64,000 nt of DNA from Paragordius varius (Eukaryota > Animalia > Nematomorpha), in contig OZ176054.1 of assembly GCA_964247055.1 (NCBI GenBank), positions 11,470,001 through 11,534,000 on the forward strand. Direction: 5' to 3'. Both the position numbers and the translations under genes were made by a program. The notes beneath the pieces are model-generated. The model had not been told where the DNA came from. It did no database searches and saw nothing but the letters and a program-made list of their open reading frames with translations. How positions within the stretch are numbered: the first letter of the stretch is position 1; each line of letters begins with the position of its first letter. Positions 54,701 through 64,000 of this stretch are shown here, one piece after another.

Positions 54701-56850
54701 ATTATAATTTATGATCTAAACGGCTAATAAAAAATTACCTGTGGTACTACACCAATAGCTTGTCGCAATTCATGTAATGAAACATGTCTAATATCTTTAC
54801 CATTTATGCTTATAATCCCCGATCGAGGATCATAAAAACGGTAAAGAAGACGTATAACAGTCGATTTTCTGCATACAAATAAATAAATACAGTAAAAATT
54901 TAAAAATATATTCGTATAAAAGGATAAAATAAATTTTTTTCAACCCTAAATATGAAAAAAAATCATGATTTTCACAAAATTAAATGAATTTCTTCATACT
55001 TTAAATTTATTTTTTTTCGGAAATTTTTTTAATTACCCACATCCACTCCCGCCGACTATGGCTACTTTTTTGCCTGAAGGAACGGTAAATGATAAATCAT
55101 GTAAAACATCCCTGTCGCGCAAATAACCGAATGTGACATTACTAAATTCTATTGAACAATTATTAACATTATTAACATTGACATTATTGTGATATCTGAG
55201 GGAAGTGTTATCAATATTTGTATTTGAGGGGAAAAGAGGTTCAATAGATTTGTCATCCTAAAACCAAAAATAAAAACAAAATAAGTAAAAATAAAAATTA
55301 TGGTAAGATTTTACCTTTTTTTTATATTTGAGTATCGAATCGTCAATTTAGCATAAGTGTAAAATAAAAATACTGTAATCTAAAAAATTAACATTCGATT
55401 TTTTGTAATATGGAGCGCATCTTTAATAAAATTAACCTAAAAAATATTTAAAAGTATAATGGATTATATATCAAGCGAAAGATGAAAAAATTCTTTGATA
55501 TGCATAAAAATTGTCTAACGGTTTTGATTACCATTAACCATGATAATGCGGGTATTTACAACCATCAACCATACCCTTTCAACAATCAAATTATTATATA
55601 TGCAATAATTCAGCAAAATTATATAAATTTATAATGATATTTCGATTACTACAAGTAATCTTTGTCAAACATAAAAATAAAATTTAGTAATCGAAATATC
55701 ATTATAAATTTATATAATTTTGCTGAATTATTGCATATATAATAATAACACTTCAGCGTAAACAATATCCAATCAAATTATATTAACCAGATAATGTGCA
55801 TATTTATAACAATCAACCATACCTTAACAACAATCAAATTATATTAACCGTGAATGGGTAGTTATAATAATCAACGTAAAATTATAATTTTAAATTTAAC
55901 ATTAAGATTAATTTATATTAACTTTGATAGATGGTTTAAGTTTCATGAGTGTAAACATAGTTTGCATATCAACTACACTTTGTCGTATTTCACGATAAAC
56001 ACTGCCCAAAAAATTGAGAGGAAGCGATAATTGAAATATTAATCCATTGATTAGTACTAAATCTCCAACCGTCATATTACCTAAAATTAAATATGGATAA
56101 TTAAAAATTCTTTAAAAGTTTTCGGAAAACTTTTTTAATACAGTAAAGACTTATTTTAGCATATATCGTAATTTGTTAACCCTTTTATATGGATCTCTTA
56201 GTGCAAAAACTGCGTCACTATTCTATAAAATCTATAAAAGCCTTTTGTGAGGGAAATCCAATGTCTATAGTAATATACAGCGGAAGCTTGTTATAATGAT
56301 ACTCTACCTCTGTCATAATAAGTTTTTTTTACTGTAAAAATTATCAACGTCAATGTATTTCATTAATTCATTTAAATCCACTTGTACTTGAATTTGAATT
56401 TTTGATATCGTTTCTGATTAAGACACTTTTCCAATGCAAGATTTTATGTATTAGAGATATATATAAATAAACACAGTTATTATCTAATTATATTTTAGAA
56501 TATTTTTGATATTATTTATTTACTGGTCGGGAAAAAATTGAGTATCAATTAAAATATAAATTTAAAAAAAATATTTTTTTCAAAAAAAGAATCATAATGC
56601 TTTTTTCCCACACAATTCGGATAAGGTTTTTTAAAAATAACTTAAAATATTTTATAAATAAAAACTACCCTGTACAATAGCTTGGGTAGCAAGGGACATG
56701 GTTAGTGTTAAAGCCCCACTAAAAATAAAAAATTGGCCAAAATTCAGAAGTCCTAAACTTTGAGCAGTTTTAATCGATGCCTCTTCATACTTGGCTTGTA
56801 ATTTATCGTATTGTTCGGCTTCGTAACGTTCATTATTAAAGTACTAGTTA

Positions 56851-56896
<46 letters not shown>

Positions 56897-59800
56897 ATTT
56901 ACAATTCAAATTCACTCTCGAACAAGTCTAATTCATCCTAAAAATAAACTATCTGTATTGCTAATATAACTCATTATTAATAGAAAATATATCTTTATGG
57001 CATAGTTTATTATTTTTTACGTATTTTTTAATTTTATAAAAAAAGTTTATTTTTTAAAAATATAAAAATGTACAGGTAAATTTTAATTAATAAACACATA
57101 ATTTATTTTAGGGTGAATTTGAATTGTTCGAGGGTGAATTTGAATTGTTTAAGGGCGCGTTTGAGGTGTAAATGATATATATGTATATAACAATTTTGGC
57201 TAAAAAATTAGAAGTGATTAATAATATTACTTTAACAGTTTCATAGTTTATAAGTGAGTCTACGGCCCGATTGCCAGCTTCATTATCTGCTTTATTCATT
57301 TGAATGCGATATTTCGTTCTAAAGAGCGAAAGAAAATGTAAAAGTTTTTCAAGCAAACGCAACATTTTTTCATCCAAGGGTAACATTTTTTCATCCAAAG
57401 CAAGAAAACGATTTTTTCATAAAATTTAAAATAAATATTTTTATTTTATTACAATTGTATTTATTTAATTTAAAGTTAATATAATAAAATTTTAGCGTTA
57501 AATTATAATTTTTAAGGGTTTATCATCAATATTTGATGGCAAATTCATTGATAAAATGTTGCGTTGGTTGAAAAAATTTTGCTTTTGCATGGAAAATGGT
57601 ATATCAACCATTACATTTATGTTTGGGGTTTATGGAAACAAAACGAACCGAACATCGAAATAAATTTCTTTTATTCAATTATTTATTAATACAAAAATGT
57701 GTTAATATCATTTGGAAATTACCTTTTTTGCTATTATATTTAAAATGTAAAAATACCATCTCAAATTAGCCAAAAAGTGGTCATATTTTTTTATTAGTTT
57801 ATTGTTATCAAAATAATTAGATGATATCTGTATATTAAAGAAAAAGCATTATTACGCAAATTTATAGGAGAAACCGAAAGCATATGTGAATATTCATACA
57901 TTAAAAATTTAATTATATAGAACCAAAAATTTAAAACGTAAAAAACAAAATTTAGATCAAAAAGACAACCATATTTTCTAAAATAATTTAATATTTCCTA
58001 CATTTTATAATTTTAAAGTATCGTATTGAGAATATGATGGTTAAATTACGCATTTATTTCTAGCTGCAAAGCAAAATGATCGGTTATAATTTACATAATA
58101 CAAGTTTAAATTATTTAGTAGCAGTTGATATACCGGTTTTTTCGTATATTTTCTGTTTATATTGCATATAGATGTGATTTTTTTCTCGCTTTTTTAGGTA
58201 ATAAACAATATCTATGAATGCTAATGATAATATTTAATTATAAAAAATACTAATACTTTCATAAACGCGATAATTTATATATAAAAATTTAATATTTGAT
58301 TCAAATTCCTTAACTCTTTTTTATGTGTATATATCTATAATCTTATTATTAATAAAATCGTATTTATCGCTTATATTTAAATTGTTAATTATGAAAAAAA
58401 ACAAATTTTAAATCATACAATAATTCTATAAACAATAAATTTAAAAATAAACTTTTAATCCAAAAAAAAGTAAATAAAAAAACCTCCAAGATGTAATCCC
58501 TAGGGTCCATGCCGTATAAGCCGTCATACAGGCAAGCGTTATAGCGGCATATTCAACACCACATTTATACCACTATAAATAGTATTTTTTAGATGAAAAA
58601 AAAGATTAATTACAGTAAAAATAATTAACCCTCGATCTTTGTGATAAATAATTTATATAATATTTCGTTTTATTATTATTTTTATATTTTATTGCATTTA
58701 ATCCATGTATAGTATACTCTTATATTTGTATGAAAACGATTTAATAAATTATACATTTATATCATGTTAGTATTGAAAAGTTAAAAAATTTTGGCTATAT
58801 AGATTCAAATGGTCCATTTTAAGTTTAATCCGTACATATTTTTCCTATAAAATCATATATAAATATAACATAAGAAAAATTACTAAAATTCCAGTAACGA
58901 TAGACACTTCAAGTATGGTAGGGACCAAATTAAACACCAAAGCACTCAGGACAAAATTTATACCTCTAGCGATATAAAAATATAAGGAATTTGACAGAAT
59001 TAATTTCTAAAAATATATAATTCACAATAAACACTTTAAAAAAAAGAAAATCATATTTTTGTTCCATGCTTAAAAGCTACATAAAAAAGTTTTGACTGTA
59101 AAATTGATTATAATATGCAATTAAACAAAGTAATACCGTGTCCCTCTATCAATAGCCTTTGAAAGGGCCCCCGTTTGCCGAGACAAATGGAAATCAAGGT
59201 CCAAGGAATGTAAATGGAGAAAAACACTTTTTGCCACACGGCGAATAGAGTTTTGGGCAACTTTAGCAAAAACGGCCGTTCTTAACTCCGTGAAAAGGGA
59301 GGCACCTGTACGGGCCAATCCATCTATAATATATATGGGTGCAGTGTGAATTGATATATACCATTTACAGTTCGAATTCACCCTAAAACGATTCAAGTTC
59401 ACCCTTGAACAATTCAAATTCACCCTAAAATAAATTATGTGTTTTTTAAGATTAAAAATTACCTATATTTTTTTTTTATATTTTTTTAAAAAAGAAACTT
59501 TGTATATAATCAAAATAATACTGAAAAAAAAATAAACTTTGCCATAAAAATATATTTAATTATAATGATGAGTTATATTAGACCGACTTTTCATTATTTA
59601 TTTTTAGGGTGAATTTGAATTGGTCGAGGGTGAATTTGAATTGTTCAAGGGTGAATTTGAATTATTTAAAGGTGAATTTGAATTGTAAATGGTATATATT
59701 TGAAAGATAAAAAGTAAGTAGAAAGTAAAAAAAAATATTTTAATGAGCATATACTTATAGCACGATATTTATGAAAACGTTGATGTTAAATATATTGCAC

Positions 59801-61311
59801 GACTATTGTTTTGGGCTGCAAAATTATGATTATGATATATAAATTGGTAACACAATCTATTATGTCTTTTAGTTTAATATTTTAATTTTTATTATATTTA
59901 GTTTTTCCTAGTTAGTGATAGTTAGTTTCAATAATTATACGTATTTTTTTGTCTCCTTGTTAAAAATTATAGATATGATTTATGTTTTACGGGACCCAAA
60001 AAAACTAAAATTTACGTATAGACCTTGGACTGAGAATAACAATGAAATTTGTCCAATTTTAGGGTTTGTGATAAAAAACTGAGTGTTTCAAAAATAAATT
60101 AACTTTAATTAATATTTCTCGCATTTATTAGCATAAATTTGTTCCTATAAACAGGTTTAAGGCTTTAAAGCTATTGTTGACTTCCCTATAGAAGAATCCT
60201 TTGGTAAGAAAGGTCAAAATTGGTCAATACTATAATCCTATACACTGTGTGCCAAATTAAAATTAATAAATAGCGTTTCTATCTAAGCAATTTATAGAGA
60301 AACTTCCCAGCTTATATTCGAAAAAAATTGGATGTTATGTTGCATAAAAAGAAAATGACCAATATACTGATTTTAACGAGTGAATTTTTTAAAGAATTTA
60401 CTTTGCATATTAATAGCTACTACAAAGCTCCAATATATATCAATTATCAGCATTTAAGAAGTGAAGCATTTACAATTCAAAAATTAGAATCAATTTTTAA
60501 AAAACCTAACTAATCTTATTTTAATATACGATGTTAATTAATTAATATGTTTTTACATCCAATGATAATGTATAGTCCGTATTTCATAACTGAATCTATC
60601 CCGAGTAAATTGGGTGGGACATTGAGTATCCCATTGTGAACTTCATTAAGATAATCGATAGCATATTTAAATATGAATGGAACTTGAACGTTTAAAATCT
60701 AATATACAGTAAAAATTGCAATTTTACGGACAAAACGTGAAAACTAAAGACAAATATTTCAAAAATAACATTAATATTTAAACATTGTTATTTCTTACAT
60801 AAAGTATACGATTACAAATGTAAATTATATAATGAGTATAATACCAATTAACACATCTAATTTTGATTTTACAATACAAAACGTTATTTTATATAGGTGA
60901 AAAAATATAGTTGTAAAAATATTTTGATTCTTTTTCTCCGCATTTTAATTAGAAATAATAATAAATGTTAAAACTTTAGAGGCTAAAAGAAGAGATAGGG
61001 CGGCAACTACACGAGTTTTGGTCGCTAAAGAATCTTTTGGCCAAACGAAAGCCATCATACTTTTCACAATTTCCCATCCGGATATTTGGGGATTATGAGA
61101 TAAAGTTGGAGTTAATATATTGTTACTGTTTTTTAAGGATTTAGCATTTTCATCAGGATTAGAATTAGTTTGTGCATTGTTAAATTGCGATGAAGAAATA
61201 TATTTAACCTAAATATAAATTTTTAAGAGTAACCTGACGAAAGTTAGTATATACCAACCGATTACGTATAATAATCGATCTTGCAAACTGCAAAGATTTG
61301 ATTGTATTCAT
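51781..61311 (-). CDS. ABCB7: Mitochondrial ABC transporter ABCB7/Atm1 (15 exons)
   Basis: Exons 61311-61234, 61208-60975, 60698-60557, 59323-59137, 58965-58884, 58572-58484, 57318-57231, 56843-56669, 56080-55923, 55257-55037, 54868-54739, 54302-54131, 53681-53578, 52589-52363, 51922-51781. Motifs [40 protein letters not shown], Walker [28 protein letters not shown] and IAHRL. Confidence 0.96.
55590..55746. repeat. Perfect 62-bp inverted repeat with a 33-nt loop in ABCB7 intron 9
   Basis: 55590-55651 is the exact reverse complement of 55685-55746. Confidence 0.93.
56895..57175. mobile_element. MITE with TIRs built of 21-bp subrepeats, in ABCB7 intron 7
   Basis: Ends ATTTACAATTCAAATTCAC and GTGTAAATGA with TA flanks. 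Subrepeat GGGTGAATTTGAATTGTTC. Inverted homolog of 59361-59692. Confidence 0.75.
59361..59692. mobile_element. 332-bp MITE (TA-flanked, Tc1/mariner-like) with 21-bp subrepeat TIRs, in ABCB7 intron 3
   Basis: TATATA|CCATTTACA ... TGTAAATGG|TATATA. Three to four copies of (A/G)GGTGAATTTGAATT(G)TT at each end in opposite orientation. Confidence 0.8.
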
Positions 61312-61406
61312 GGTTAGTATTTTGCAATCCTTTGATTTTACAATGCTGCATGTGAAAAATATTTTGAGAGTTTTTCATACATGCATCGGATCAGTGAAGA
61401 GTGCAC
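61312..61406. promoter_or_regulatory. 95-bp divergent (putative bidirectional) intergenic region between ABCB7 and SEC13
   Basis: Lies between the inferred ABCB7 ATG (61311, minus; presequence-like [18 protein letters not shown]) and the inferred SEC13 ATG (61407, plus). Confidence 0.55.
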
Positions 61407-63397
61407 ATGGTATCATTTGATAAATTTTAAAATTAATTTTTGTCCCAATTTATATCTTTTGTTTTCATTCATAGCTTACCTTAACAAACACAATTGATAC
61501 GACTCATGACGATATTATAGTAAATTAGTTTTTTTGACTAAATTTTAGCATGATGCTCAAGGAAATTTATATGGAACGCTTTTAGCCACTTGTTCTTCAG
61601 ATTCTACCATTAAAATCTATGAATTATCTGGCGAGGCCCAAAAATATAAGGCTACTCTCACAGGGTAAATATTAATTTGCTAAAAAATACAAAATTTTTT
61701 ATCTAATAATAAACCATTTTGTCCCTTTGATTATTTTAAATATAACCTATTCATTGACTTATAATTCATTTTTATTTCTATATTTTTATCTTTTCTATGT
61801 GTAATTATCTTTCTTTATTGCAGACATAATGGACCAGTTTGGCAAGTCACATGGGCACATCCAATATTTGGTAATATTTTAGCTTCCTGTTCCTACGATA
61901 AAAGAGTCATAATTTGGCAAAATGTGGATGAGAATTGGATTGCTATGCATGAACACACTTATCATGGTTCATCTGGTAAACATATAATTGTTAAAATTTG
62001 ATTAAGCGCATACATTTAGGGTTAGATTTGACAGGTTGCATCTAAAAATATTTGAAAAAATTTGTATTACCTAATATAAAAATGGTTTCAAAAATATCAA
62101 AACATAAAAATAATCGGGAAATTGAGTAAACGCTATTTAAGCCAATATTAGTGGTTAATTTTTTTTATATAATTTTAACATATATTTGTGTTTTTATTTG
62201 TCTAACCCATATCCGATAAGGGAATTCACGTTTTTTTACCGATAAAAAACCAAAATACATTAAGTTATATGCTTCTTGATTTAATATTTGCACAAAATTT
62301 TGGATGCTATATGTAATTTTTTTAATTAACTTTGAACAAGGACTGGGAGTCGGCCTGCTTTGTGTAATTTTTATTAGTTTTCGGAATAATACAGTTTTTA
62401 TCGGAATCGCGGTTATTTTAATAATATCCTTTTTATATATTTAGTACAATAATAACCTTATTTTAGTTTTCTACTTTATTTGAGTCATAAGTTATTTAGA
62501 TTTTTATAATTAGCCAAAATTAACCATCATTTCAAAAAAATCAAGGGGATCGAAACCAAATTTTGTCTATATAATCTTTGCAACTTTAACAAGACAAAAA
62601 ATCCATTTTGGAATTCTTTTTTACACAAAAAAATATCTTACTATTATAAAATTTTAATCATTTTTTTCATTTTTAGTTAATTCCATCAGTTGGGCCCCTT
62701 ACACTGCCGGTTTAAAATTGGCTTGTGCCAGTTCTGATGGCTCTATATCAATCATAAGTTGTCAACCAAACAAAATCACTGTTGATGATGGCGATAATGA
62801 GAATATTAATCCCACAAAAGATAGCAAGTGGACTCAACAAATCATTGAAAATGCTCATGAAGTATAAATGAATTAAAGAAATTAAAATCTAAAATATGTT
62901 TTAATCAAATACTTGATTTTTAGCGTAGTTATATTTTTTTAAAAAACGGTTATACGCTTAAAATGTTAATTTTTTGATAAAATTACGAAGTAGAAAACAA
63001 TGTTTAAAGTAATCTCGCCCTCTTTTCGTTGCTTACAATTGTATTATATGATTATGGAAATATGTTAACCTATAAATATATCACGATTAAAAAATTTGAT
63101 TGTATTAATAAAAATACACATTTTTATTATTAATTAACCTTTTTCAATAAATATAACTTAAAATTTTTTTTTTGGAGCTTTCCTATGATTATTCACTGTC
63201 CAAATTAATTATACAATTTAAACATTAATATTTTATGTTAAGTTAGGCGTAAATGCTGTGTGTTGGTCACCCTTAATATTTTCCGATAAATTATTTAAAC
63301 CGACGTTGGGGAATTCAGACGCCACCCAAACTGATGTTGAAATACCAACCCTTCTTTTAGTTAGTGGAGGATGTGATAATTACGTTAAAATTTGGAG
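61407..63397 (+). CDS. SEC13: SEC13 WD40 protein, 3' partial (continues beyond the window)
   Basis: Exons 61407-61409 (ATG only), 61475-61519, 61549-61664, 61824-61975, 62677-62861 and 63243-63397. Motifs HDAQ..YGTLLATCSSD, GHNGPVWQVTWAHP.FGNILASCSYDKRVIIW and VSGGCDNYVKIW. Confidence 0.95.
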
Positions 63398-63738
63398 GTA
63401 TTATAAAAAAATAATTTTCAGGAATTTTAGATATTGCTATATAATATCTCTATAAATCTTTAAATTATGAAAAGGATGAAAATATTTTGTTTCCCATATA
63501 TGTAGGATATATACATATAAAATGTATAATTAAGGACAATAATTGTATTAACCAATTTCTTTATATTTAATAGTGCTTAAGTATTTTTATATATAACTAT
63601 AATATTAAAATTTAGGAATTCCATACGTGATTGAGAATACTAGAATTAATTTCGCAAACGTAGTGGATTGATTGATAAAAAAGGAAAGAAGGTTCGATAA
63701 AATTATTTCAAAAAAGGGGGATTAGAATTGTTGAATTA

Positions 63739-64000
63739 TTATAAAAGAAGGTGCCATATATAAGACAGGTCTAATTAATCGTCTTTATTTAATGACGCCT
63801 TATGTTTTTGAATTTCAATGGCTTCTCTTATCATTCTTTTGTGCTGATTTTCAATATTAGTTATGACTTCAATTTTATGTATTGCAAGATTATTTGTGCA
63901 AATATGTTCGGACAGGCCCGAGGTGAATTTGCCTTTCCTGATATACTGCTCATGTTCTTTTACTCTGGTGGCTATGGCTCTTTCAGATTCTCCAATTTAC
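63739..64000 (-). mobile_element. Penelope-like retroelement, GIY-YIG endonuclease C-terminal part, antisense within a SEC13 intron
   Basis: Minus frame *IGESERAIATRVKEH..SGLSEH..KRMIREAIEI..LNKDD*LDLSYIWHLLL* matches the YIGET.R...R..EH / R...EA..I / LN.D.G..L...W pattern. Confidence 0.85.

Noticed and set aside
59606-59690. CRISPR-like 21-bp repeats
   Set aside because: There are no unique spacers, and the same units are mirrored at 59361-59430 as MITE TIR subrepeats.
50594-61311. Functional mitochondrial cluster of TXN2 and ABCB7
   Set aside because: They are only two convergent genes, each paired at its promoter with a non-mitochondrial trafficking gene, so adjacency is not evidence of co-regulation.
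1-64000. tRNA, rRNA, snRNA genes or telomeric arrays
   Set aside because: No T-loop/B-box cloverleaf, rRNA, snRNA signature or telomere repeat run was recognised by eye; a tRNAscan-SE or Infernal run would be definitive.

Overview
Very AT-rich eukaryotic DNA, most likely from a metazoan, using the standard code; I cannot identify the species. The window has two compartments. About 1-29.5 kb holds transposons and pseudogenes: two Buster-type hAT copies (one nested in a Chapaev3-like element), a truncated Gypsy gag-pol, two long foldback elements, a ~160/320-bp satellite, and a ~6.9-kb tandem unit carrying three independently disrupted 7TM/GPCR-like genes. About 30.5-64 kb holds five host genes, reconstructed by hand: a 20-exon, 1043-aa RRM protein with a Periphilin-like C-terminus, an intronless HEATR5, TXN2, a 15-exon ABCB7 and a partial SEC13 whose last intron contains a Penelope relic. 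The most notable signals are six 23-29 nt spliceosomal introns, all within 300 nt of a start codon; two divergent gene pairs with only 68 and 95 bp between ATGs; and the RRM-Periphilin (HUSH-like) architecture. No rRNA, tRNA or CRISPR array was found. All homologies are recognised from memory of the families, not from database searches.
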